DNA of 63,284 nucleotides, filler included, from Octopus bimaculoides (lineage: Eukaryota), in the NCBI RefSeq assembly GCF_001194135.2. It is 9 parts of 8 records of this genome, joined end to end, with 100 filler letters (N's around TTAATTAATTAA, not from the genome) between each part and the next. Parts side by side here need not be neighbours in the genome. Positions count along the whole stretch, not along the records: positions 1 to 6,137 come from NC_068996.1; positions 6,238 to 15,131 come from NC_068996.1; 7 more parts are not named here. One strand, given 5' to 3'. A program made the translations under genes and the position numbers. Numbering within the stretch: the stretch's first letter is position 1; the number at the start of each line of letters is the position of its first letter. Below, one piece after another: positions 1 through 12,737 of this stretch. The notes below the pieces were generated by a model, which did not search any database, was not told the origin of the DNA, and saw nothing but the letters and a program-made list of their open reading frames with translations.

Positions 1-365
<365 letters not shown>

Positions 366-849
366 CCATTTTGACGGCAAGTATAATCTCCCTACACTTG
401 TATAATCCCACCACACTTTTGTGTGTGTGTGTGGGGGGGTTATACATCTGTAGAGCTCCATTTCTCCTACTCTCTCCACTTTCCCATTCCTATTTGTAAA
501 CACTTTCTGTCTTTCTCATCTTTACTCTCCCTTCAGCTTACCGTTTGACAGCATAACATAAAATCATTCCCATACTCTTGCGCCTCACTTCATTCCCTTC
601 CGCTAAACACTCTATCTCTTTTTGCCTTCCCCTTCAATTAATTAATCCGAGCGTAACATACTCAGAAACACTAGCATATCAATATTATAGACAGTGGTTG
701 CAATAGGCTTAAATTAGTTAAAATGTTTGCTTAAATGTGTTTAGTTTTAACAGTACGCCGATGTACCATGTTATGTTCAAGTAGGTGAGGCTTTAGGGGA
801 CGCTTGTGTGGGTTTGTACAGGGTTTGCATCAGGCAAACAAACATTGCA

Positions 850-1560
850 AGATGTTTTCCACACAATAATTCTTCATTGCATAAATTGTTTAGAATCTCA
901 AACTTTGCCTAGCATGGCTACAAGGAATCTCATAGACTAAAAGCCGAAAGCAATCTTCGGAATTTTGGTGGAGTTATTAAAATTGTTGGCAAACTTTGAT
1001 CCTGCCACGAAATCTCTGTAATGTGGAAAAGAAACTTGGAAGAATATTACACTTATTTCCGTTATTCAGATGATGGATTCTACTGATTCTGATTGCCAGA
1101 ATTTCCTACATAGAACTTACAAGACCAAAAGTATTGGCCTCATGTTTGATTCTATTCCAGATTAAATACGTCAAAAGAAAGTCAGAAATATTTTGTTATG
1201 TAGATACTGTTTCGAGGAGAAAACCATTATTATAAAATGATTTTCTTGGATTTATTCAGTCATAACAAAAGAATGTTGAGAATACGATTGAAGTAATTTT
1301 TGAAACAACTTGTAAAAGACAAAATGCCATTACAAGTCTGCAGTAATGAAGTCTGCAGTAATGACTGATTATAAATATAATGTTCTAAAGAGAATGAAAA
1401 TCTTGCGAGGCTATTTTTGTAAACTGCAATAAATATTTTTCAATTTGGTTGGAGCGCGTACGGCCCATTTGATGATGCAATAATTTTTTTCCGTGAAATT
1501 CAGTAACTTCTATCAAATTTTTCCAGTTCAGTTTCAAGATGAAGCTTAAAATCATTTAAA
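850..1560 (+). mobile_element. Decayed hAT transposase (ZMYM1/DUF4371-like)
   Basis: Frameshifted fragments LVELLKLLANFDP, IGLMFDSIPD, FLGFIQ, LKQLVKDKMPLQVCS, AIFVNC and NLVGARTA occur in the order expected for hAT transposases. Many stops. Confidence 0.7.
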
Positions 1561-2116
1561 AATTTGACCAAAGATAGATGCAAAGAAAGCATTTCTTTCA
1601 AAGTTCCTTATAATCATAATTATTTTATTTTAATAAATGCTTAAACGTATTTTATAGTTTGCGTCGTAAACATTATCATTGTTTTATGCATATTTTGGTA
1701 CTGTATTTTAAGTTTACATCTTCCATAGCCACAAAATAAGCTTTTCAATAGTATAACAAACTTATTATTCCAAGCAACAAACTTAATTACCGTAAAAGGA
1801 ATAAGAATTATAAAGCATTAACTTTGTGCGCTCAATTTAGTGATTTGCGAAGGAACCAATGAATTCTAATTAGGATTCAAGTTTAGTGATCAGTCCGACT
1901 ATGGCCAGCCTGAAGACATAGCAGTCTATTTCACTACAAAAACACTGAGAATACATATGAATATCACCATTCATCAGTCCATTGGTATAGAAATGTGTAG
2001 CATTATGCATAAGCAAGGACAACATATTTTTGTGTTTGCATATAATTCTTTCTGAATCTTCATTATCTGAAACTAACTTTCCATTAACATTGTAAAAGGA
2101 ATGATTTTTATTTTAG

Positions 2117-3711
2117 TTTCAGGAAAATATAAAAGAAAGAATCGTAAGTTTTTGACATTCATATGTCTTTCCTTTATTATTTTTTTTTCATTTCTTGTTA
2201 TTACTGCAATTTATTTAAACCCTGCATAGGTGCGAATTAATAAAATCAATTCCTTGATGTTTCGGTTTTCAAACGTATTCTTCAACAGCTGATTAGCGAT
2301 ATTGATTTCTTTAGATGAGAGGGAGTCAGTTACATCGACTCCTATATCGTACATTAGAATTTTGGTAAAGTGAAAGGCAAATTCGATCTGGTGATATTTG
2401 AAGTAAGGTAGTAAAGAGATGTAACTAAATACCCTTCCTACTCCTGAAATTCTGGAGGATTACATTGACCCCAGTTCATGACTGGTACTTACTCTCGACC
2501 CCCAAAAGATGGAAGATAGAGTTGACCTCAGGGGAATTTGAACGTAGAACGTAATAACCGACGAAATGCTCCTAAGTATTTTGCCCGGTGTGCTAACGAT
2601 TCTGCCAGCTCGCAGCCATTTTGTAACTAAATATCACAAAGTATTTTGCCCGATCCGTTCCGATCCAGTTAATCCATTAATTTTTTATAAAATGGGTATA
2701 AGAAAAGACTAATCGAAACTTGATTGCAAACACAAGCAAGAATTACATATAACCAACAATACTTAACATATGGGATTAATTACATAAAACTTATAGACCA
2801 AGGAAGTAGAAACAGTCGCAGAAGAGGCGCAATTATTTCGTTTCCTACATAAACTATCAATGATAAAAGACCATATTACAAATGCAATTCAGCGAGTGCT
2901 TATTTAAGACTTAAATATCAGGACAATCTCTTAGTTTTCCATTATTCTTTTGTTTAAATCGCATCATTGGTACATTATAGGAATATAAAATCAATCCTAG
3001 TACTTGAATGGTATTTTCATGTATTGACATCGGAAAAATAAAAAGCTAGTTTGACCTTTCTGGCATTCAGATTCAAAACGTAATGAGCTGTGACTAGAAA
3101 CCACAAGCATTTTATCCGATGTTCAGACGATTCAAAATGTGCATACATACCCACACAAATATTATGCATAAATACACATATAAATGCACATGAATTGGTG
3201 AACTTTTGTGCTTACAAACAAAGAAAAATAAACTCAATTCATAAAACAGAATATATATGTTTTATTAGAAATTGTAGTTTCTGAGATCGTAACCGTTTCC
3301 GAGTGTTCAATCGGGTGAAAAGGAAAAATACAATATATAATATTAGATATAATCGACAACATATAAAAATGTATTTAACAGCGCTTCGGAGTTTGAAAGG
3401 TTGTCCCTGGGGTATTGAATAGATACAACTGCTATACATTTCTTCCAGAAGTAACCGCAAACATTTATGAATTCAGAACTTTGCTCAAAATTGCTTAGCT
3501 GCATTCAAATGTTAAAATTCTCTAAGAAGTAAAGATCGCACTTTTTGAATAATGGAACACGTGTGTTTTATAGCAGATCAATCGCCTTCATTATTATGAA
3601 TATTGTTATCATTTAGACTCTCCTTATGTTTGAGTTGTGAAGCATCACTATGATTTTGTATCTGAATGTGTGTGTGTACACACACACACACACACACACA
3701 CACTCTCTCAT

Positions 3712-3742
<31 letters not shown>

Positions 3743-3796
3743 CGCACACACGCACTCACGCACACGCACGCACGCACGCACACACACACTCACACA

Positions 3797-3838
<42 letters not shown>

Positions 3839-4185
3839 GAGTCACACATATATCTATTATATATAACGTTTATTTATTTGTTTTGCAAAATTCTTGATGT
3901 TCTGGAATCGTGTGTTGAAACAGAAATCGCTATACTTCGGGAAGGTCATATTTTGCCAATTAAACACACGCGCTATATGTTTGGTCTTCACTTCAGTTTT
4001 ATTATTATATATTATTTTTCTTGGTCAAAGCTCTCTCGTCACACATTCTGTGACCACTTGAGCGATTCTCTATTCCTCGTGTCTTCTCTTGTTCTGTTTA
4101 TTCTGTTTTGTCCAAAATGGTCATAAAATGTGTGACGAAAGAGTTTCGACAAAGAACCTAAAATAATAATAATAATAATAATAAT

Positions 4186-4265
<80 letters not shown>

Positions 4266-4349
4266 TAAAGCTGAAATAAAGACGGAATATATAGTGCGTG
4301 TATCTAATTGGCAAAATATGACCATCCCCAACTACAACAATGCATATTG

Positions 4350-4406
<57 letters not shown>

Positions 4407-6711
4407 ACACACATCTCTAAAGTGGCTAGACAATCCTGAGTATAACGTTTATTTTGTGCGGACACTATTTGGTGCTTCAAACTTGTTAATGTCTTATTAC
4501 TTTTCTTTTCAGATTACAGTTTATTAATTGTTTTTAACAACTATTCATGCCGCGAACACCAGAAGCAAAAGACTTGTCACATTTCCAAAGACAGCGTATT
4601 ACAGGCCAATCCAAGAGTTGACTTAAACAGAATAAGACTGCACAAAGTGTAAGAATGCTCTTGACACAGTCAACAGAGTGATTGCACAATTCATTAGCAA
4701 AAACAACGAAATCAAATACATTCCATTCAGGTCGACCTGGACTCTCTGAAGAAAATGACTGTTCAACATGCTGTTGTGTAACCTGGGCAGAAATTCCACA
4801 GGCGACAATATTTCAACTGATTTGCTCAAAGTCCAAACGGTTTAAATAATTGAAAACTTTAAAAGGTATGGCTACTAAATACTAGATTAAATATTTAAAT
4901 GCATCGAATGACATTATTTTCTTTCTGGTAATAAATCCTTCAAAAATAATGTCTCTTTACTTTTGTTATGTGTATGTATGTATGTATGTATGTATGTATG
5001 TATGTATGTACGTATGCTTGTATGTATGTATGTATGTATGTATGTATGTACGTATGTATGTATGTATGTATGTGTGTGGGTGGGTGTGTGTATATATATA
5101 GGCGCAGGTGTGGCTGTGTGGTAAGAAGCTTGCTTCCCAGCCACATGGTTCCGGGTTCAGTATTATCCATCTTCAGTTGTCCCGGCTCCATCTACTCTGC
5201 GTTTCGAAGGCAAGGACAATACGCGACTTCGTTGGAGCAGTCCTTCGTGCAAGCAAATTAATTAAAATTTGGAAATTTTTGCGGAGGGTGAAAGTGTTAA
5301 CAAGAACAGGACAGTGAGAACAAGACAGTGAGAACAAGACAGAACAGTGAGAACAAACGGTAAGGGCTGTTAGGCCAAGACGATAGAAAAATTATTTTGA
5401 ACGGCGCACTCTACTACTATTGCTGTCACTTCCCTATCTATATCTCTCTCCCTCTCTTGTTCTTCATCCTTTCTGTTTTTCTCTCCCAACCCTCCCCGAT
5501 TCTTCTCTTCCTTTCACCGTTCCCTCTCTCACTCCTCCTCCTTGACCCTCTCGTCGCTGATACGTGACGAAGGGGATTCTTTCTTTCTATTTCCTGCCTT
5601 CATATAGAGAAGACGCAATTTTTTTCACTCTCTAACTACCGTTCAAAATAATTTTTCTATCCTCTTGGCCTTACCGTTTGTTCTCACTGTTCTATCTTGT
5701 TTTTACTGTCTTGTTCTCATTGTCCTGTTCTTGTTAACACTTTCACCCTCCGCAAAAATGTCCAAATTTTAATTAATTTGCTTGCGGGAAGGACTGCTCC
5801 AACGAAGTCGCGTATTATCCTTGCCTTCGAAACGCGGAGTAGATGGAGCAAAGACAACTGAAGAAGGTTAACATTCTTTATGTTGTATGTCTCGTTTCTC
5901 TGGGTTTTTTTCGTTGTTCGAAAAAAGTTCATTTTCTGTCTTCATCTTTGTTTTCATTTCTCATTGTGTTTAACGTTTTTTGTGATGTCCTGTACCCATA
6001 TATGCATGTATGTATACATATTGATGTAGGTATGTACATATATGTATGGATATATGCATATAATTATATATTATTTATGTTATTATATAATCGAATGCCA
6101 CGCGTTGCCTCCAAGTAAGTTATATATATATATATATNNNNNNNNNNNNNNNNNNNNNNNNNNNNNNNNNNNNNNNNNNNNTTAATTAATTAANNNNNNN
6201 NNNNNNNNNNNNNNNNNNNNNNNNNNNNNNNNNNNNNTTTCAGCAGGATTTCGGTAAATCGAGTTCCTTTTGCATGTTGTTAACCAAACCCGAAGATAAT
6301 TTCATATTGGTGTGAAGTATTATTTAATCCTAGAACATCTTGGTTACGCAGAAAATTTATATATATATATAAACAAATAGTAAATGAGTGTATGCATATA
6401 TACGTACAGGTATGTGCATACCGACATCCACCTGTATGTATAGGTGCATATCTGGGTACAGGACATTGCAAACAAACGTAGACGAGAACACACGAGCCAC
6501 ATAGAGAACATTATACTTCATCAGCTACCCACGTTTTAACGTGTGTGTGTATATATGTAGACACTATATATATATTCATATATATATACACACACACATA
6601 CACTATATATATATATATATATAGACATACGCACATATATACCCTTACGCTGGTGTTTCCAAGCGCGGATGATTGTGTGCTTATGTGTATGTTTGTGTAT
6701 GTCTTAGTACT

Positions 6712-6744
<33 letters not shown>

Positions 6745-6910
6745 GCGTGTTGTCGTCGCGTAGGGAAGGAAGCTTGTACCTTGAAGTGTCTATGTGCGCT
6801 TCGGAAAGTGATTGAAAAGTGCTAAGTCGTGTACATGCCTGTCAAGACACAGGTTATCTTGGTGGCATAGAAACGCTTCAAATAGTCCGGGGGTGTAAAT
6901 ACATGTATAT

Positions 6911-6952
<42 letters not shown>

Positions 6953-8088
6953 AGTGTATGTTCACAGCGCGATTACACATATGGTCTAAGAATACCACTT
7001 ATCAGCATAAGTAGTATGCACGAAACTCAAGCCACTTGAGTCACTTGTAACTTTCCACCGATTACAAANNNNNNNNNNGTGTGTGTGTGTATGTAAAATT
7101 GCAGATCCTCTGTTATTACTCCATTTGGCTATTAGTTTTATCTAGTGATTTATCAGATGGAGGTATATTGATACTTTTATTTCCTGATAAAACATGACTC
7201 TGTACACAGTACTGAATTTTGATCGTACACAATACTTAAAGCTTTACAAACCTTACTTTCAAAACCGTGGCGTCATTTCAGCAAGATTGAAGACATAAAA
7301 TAATCGCAATTGTTTCAATAAAAATGATAGCAATTAAAACAGTTTTTGTTTATGGTTCCTCAGCTAATTCTAAGAACATACACTTTTTCTCCGATGTACG
7401 ATCGATGAAACCCGTACATGGTCACTTATAATTAAAATTAAATGCTGTAATTCCTCTCATATCGCGTCCTGTTGTTATAAGTGGACGTGGTGGACGAACA
7501 GGATTTTGAAATCGTAAATACTGCTACATGAAATGATCAGCAGATTACAGGTGATATATATATATATTTGATGACAGATCTTGTCCATCAAAGATGACCT
7601 AGTGCTTAACATACCCCGACGTGTTAATATTAGCAAATATATTCTCCTCAGATCAGACTTAAACTAGATGGGACGCATTCGATAACCAAATCCTCAGTAC
7701 ACTCTGTTTAGAAATACTGAATGGTCATAAATTGAAACACCATGGATCGAATCAGAACAATGAAAATGTGGTCACTCAATATGCTTAAATTAAAGCGAAA
7801 TTAGAGAAATTTGTTTTAAAGTTGTGGATGATTTGCATGTTAGATATAAAAACCAAATTATTCTTAAATCCCATCCTACTGTTTATATAACTCTTTACGC
7901 TTTTACTTGTTTCAGTCATCTGACTGCGGCCATGCTGGAGCACCGCCTTTAGTCGAGCAAATCAACCCCTGGACTTATTCTTTGTAAGCCTAGTACTTAT
8001 TCTATCGGTCTCTTTTGCCGAACCGCTTAGTTACGGGGACATAAACACACCAGCATCGGTTGACAAGCGATGTTGGGGGGGGGGACAA

Positions 8089-8125
<37 letters not shown>

Positions 8126-8546
8126 CATATATACGACGGGCTTCTTTCAGTTTCCGTCTACCAAATCGACTCACAAGGCTTTGGTCGNNNNNNNNNNNNN
8201 NNNNNNNNNNNNNNNNNNNNNNNNNNNNNNNNNNNNNNNNNNNNNNNNNNNNNNNNNNNNNNNNNNNNNNNNNNNNNNNNNNNNNNNNNNNNNNNNNNNN
8301 NNNNNNNNNNNNNNNNNNNNNNNNNNNNNNNNNNNNNNNNNNNNNNNNNNNNNNNNNNNNNNNNNNNNNNNNNNNNNNNNNNNNNNNNGTGTAAATAACA
8401 AAAGGATATATTAGTATGACGCTCGGGAATACGGAAAGTCTTTGACGTTTCGAGCTACGCTCTTCAACAGAAAGAATACGGAGACAAGGAGAAAAACACG
8501 GAGAAAAAAAATTGAATAGTGTTCAGTCAACGGTCAATCATAATAA

Positions 8547-8588
<42 letters not shown>

Positions 8589-10448
8589 GTTTTGGTAGTC
8601 CTCAAGAAAGAACGGGAACAGTCAACAGGTATGTGATCAGAGGTCTGGTCTCTCAGTCAGTAACAACCTAGGGGGTTAATCAACAATAACAGCCATTAAT
8701 TGTTGAAAGACTGATCAAGACACACCAATAACGAGTTTACAAACAATGGATCACCGTCATTTGACGAGGAAAATTACGCTGTTCGATTACTTGAATGTTC
8801 TGCCCTAGAACAAACCTCTCTAACTGGTGGAGTATTTCCACAGATATATGGTATGGGCACAGTAGGTAGTTGTCCAGGGCCGTCAGGAGTCTAGGGACCC
8901 GATTATGATCTATGTATGTTGTGGCTTGCTATCAATGAATAAATACTAGAGAGCCCAGTGAAATGATTTGCCCGGGGGTGCCTAGAAAGTTGCTAATACG
9001 GTCCAGGGTGAAATCCACCTGGCGGACTTCTAAGTAGCTTCCGTGTACAATGTTTCATTTACAAGGTATGATGGGGGACTCGAGGCTATGGAAAATGGCA
9101 TTTATTCAAAATGCCGTGTGGTGGAATCGAACATGGAGACCCCGTGGATACGAATCGAACTTCTGAATCATTCGGCTATATTGCGTCTGGAGCAACAGAA
9201 AGTTCCACTGTCATACAACCTGTCCAGATTTCAGGTGCGAAGTGACATATTCTAAGCAACAAATAGATAAATAAATAAAACTGTATTTATAAATAGCAAC
9301 CTTTTTTTATTCACCAGCGGTTGTTACTGCCTCTGTTGTTGGTTTGTGCCTATGTAATTTACACATGTGGAGGCGCAATGGCCCAGTGGTTAGGGCAGTG
9401 GACTCACGGTCATAGGATCGCGGTTTCGATTCCCAGACCGGGCGTTGTGAGTGTTTATTGAGCGAAAACACCTAAAGCTCCAAGAGGCTCCGGCAGAGGA
9501 TGGTGGCGAACCCTACTGTACTCTTTCACCACAACTTTCTCTCACTCTTACTTCCTGTTTCTGTTGTGCCTGTATTTCAAAGGGTCAGCCTTGTCACACT
9601 GTGTCACGCAGAATATCCCCGAGAACTACATTAAGGGTACACGTGTCTGTGGAGTGCTCAGCCACTTGCACGTTAATTTCACGAGCAGACTGTTCCGTTG
9701 ATCGAATTAACTGGAACCCTCGACGTCATAAGCGACGGAGTGCTAACAACAATTTACACATACATATTTGCACACATGCATATATGCGTATTCACATACA
9801 AGTATTACGTGTACAGGTGAAACAAACCTTCGGGAGATGCTTTGCCCAACGCTGAAACCTCAAGAACTAATCAAAAGATGTCGTAAGCTCTTCTGAACGT
9901 TGACTAGCGGAAAAAATGCTTAAATGCTGCGAAGCATTTCTTCCGATGCTTTACCTGCTGATAAAACCTTACCGACGTCAATACTTTTACTTTCATCGAT
10001 GAAATAAAACGCAACTGTAAGCATGTATACACGTAAACTTGTATGTATAATACACCCCATCACACACACGTACACATGAATATAGATAGATAAAGAAAAT
10101 TATTTGGATTTAAAAAGCGTAACAACGTTACAGCCAGTATATAAATCGAATTTATATGCATATTTCATTCCTTTAATATATTTCATCGAAAGTAAAGAGA
10201 CGTTTTTTAAGTGCCCTCAAAAACTGTTCGATAAATAGAAATCGATAAAATGAGAGAATTACAAACGATTCTACATCTTATTATAGCTTCTTTGAAGCCG
10301 GTACACTTGCATGAGCTCAGTTCAGTGAGTGAAATCAAGTAAAATTGTAATATACTGTAGGGTTTGTTGTGGATGTTATTATTAATAAGGATGATATTTA
10401 GATTGTTGTTGCTCTAATCGATTCTCTGTGCAAATGTTATCGCTAGAA

Positions 10449-10487
<39 letters not shown>

Positions 10488-10889
10488 AATGACTAATTAA
10501 AATATAGAGTTAAAACAATATACTAATAACCACGAGTGTCTCCACGTCTTCAGGTGAATAGATTCGGGAGCAGTGCTCTTGAACCTGCTCACCTGAAGAC
10601 GTGCAGGCACACAACTATTGTGGGATCATATTAATGCAATAATGTATATAATATGTGAAACACTCAAAAGTTGCCAGCTGGTATTAGAGCAGAGAAACAA
10701 TTGTAGTGATTTGAATTAAAAACTGCTTATTCCTTGTTCTTGTATTAAGATTATTTAGTATAAATTCTGTGGATAGTAACGAATTTCCAGATGTATATCC
10801 AAGAAAAGGAGAGTTCCTGCTGTATGACAGCATGTGATAGCCGATAACTGTAGAGGAACTTTGAAATGTACATTATGAGGTTATGAGCA

Positions 10890-10925
<36 letters not shown>

Positions 10926-11769
10926 TAGATAGATACATACATACATGTGTTTATGTATGTATGTATGTATAGATAGATAGATATACACCTGTGTATGTAT
11001 ATATAAAAAACATACACTAACATACACCCACAGACATATATACGAACATGTTTGTGTGTGTGTATACACACACACGTATGTATATCTATATATCTATACA
11101 TTTGTATCTATATAAATATATATATACACGCGCACAAACAGTAAAGACCTCTTCGGTCATGAATGACCATGAGATTGTACCTTGAAAGCTCCGCACAGAG
11201 GCACAAGACCGGACAAGATTGTTTATGGAAGACCAACAGTCACCCATGCATACCAGCCCTCTCTCTCCACGCCACTGGTGTTATCTAAGGGAAAAGGCAA
11301 AGGCGGATATGGCTTGGCGCCAGTGACATCACCACTCATTTCTACAGCTGAGTGAACTGGAACAATGTGAAATAAAGTGTCTTGCTGAAGAACACAGCAC
11401 AGAACCCGGGCCAGGAATCGAACTCACAATCTCACCATTGTAAACCCAACGCTTTGACCACCGCTTCATGCGCCTTGACATACACACAAACACATACATA
11501 TATTAGTTAAACATAAAATTTCCTCACTATCTAAAAAGCATTATTCTTTTATGTTTTGAATTTGTTTCAGTGATCTGACAACGGCCATGCTGGAGCACCG
11601 CCTTGAAGGGTTTTAATTGAACACATTGACCTCAGGATTTTTTTAGGTCAAGTACCTTTTCTATCGGCTTCTTTTGCCAAACCGCTAAGTTACGAGGACG
11701 TAAACACACCAACACCAGTTGTCAAGCGGTGATGGGGTGGAACAAAAACAAAGACACACACATACATGA

Positions 11770-11809
<40 letters not shown>

Positions 11810-12645
11810 GATGAGCTTCTGTCAGTTTCCGTCTACCAATCCACTCAAAGCTTTGGTCGGCCCGAGGCTGTAGTAAGAGACACTTGGCCAAGGTACCATG
11901 CTGTGGATCTGAACCCGGAACTGTGTGGCTGGGAAGCAAGCTTCTTAACACACAGCCACGCCTGCGCCGACAAAAAAAAAAAAAAAAAAATCCCATCCCT
12001 GGTGGGATTTGAACCCACGGCCTCTGGATTAGAAGTCCAGCGCGCTATCCGCTGCGCTACAGAGACTACATTTAATTATTTCTGTTCATTTGCATTTTGA
12101 TGTCACCAATTGCTTTTCTTAAGAATTATTCTTTTTGCTAATTCATCTTATGATTATCGTTCTTTTTTCGCCCCCGCTTCATTGGGTGTTCAAATCAGAT
12201 TTGGTAGGTGGTAAGAGATCAATACCCCTTTGTATTGCGAGGCTGCGTCCACCATTTTTCGATAGCTGCTTGGGTTATCCCGGGTAACCCTCTGAGCAAT
12301 GTTCCAGTCAGTCCCCCATCTCAGCGAGATACTTTTTTTCATCCGCTGTAACCACATGACATGTTGCTGACCAACACAACCTATATCCTTGCGAAGCATC
12401 CAGGTATTTTGGGTTCAACTTCAATAAATTAGAATTTATTTACCCCTATAACAGGAATGGTAACTCCTACTTAACTACATGTTTTAAAGCAATATGTCCG
12501 CACACACACACACACATATATATTCTCTCCTTGTTTCTTTCTGTGTTCCTTTCTGCTGAAGAGCGTAGGCTCGAAACGTTAAAGACTTTCTCTATTCCCG
12601 AGCGTTATACAAATACATGTATTTGTTGTCTACACNNNNNNNNNN

Positions 12646-12737
<92 letters not shown>

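Noticed and set aside
4700-4730. WNVFDFVV resembling an ion-channel S3 motif
   Set aside because: The flanking residues lack the hydrophobic S2/S3 context and any S4 arginine pattern; likely chance.
9000-9045. GEIHLADF*VAS resembling kinase subdomain VII
   Set aside because: No HRD, APE or other kinase motifs nearby, and DFG would need two substitutions.
9019-9251. Minus-strand frame with three TGA codons, tempting as A-to-I stop-to-Trp recoding
   Set aside because: Three stops in 77 codons is about the random expectation, and the GT8-like resemblance lacks the DQD motif.
9367-9440. tRNA-like heads here and at about 11400-11479, 30770-30841, 56241 and 61740
   Set aside because: They have A/B boxes but broken cloverleaves and continue into repeat bodies, so they are SINE heads, not tRNA genes.
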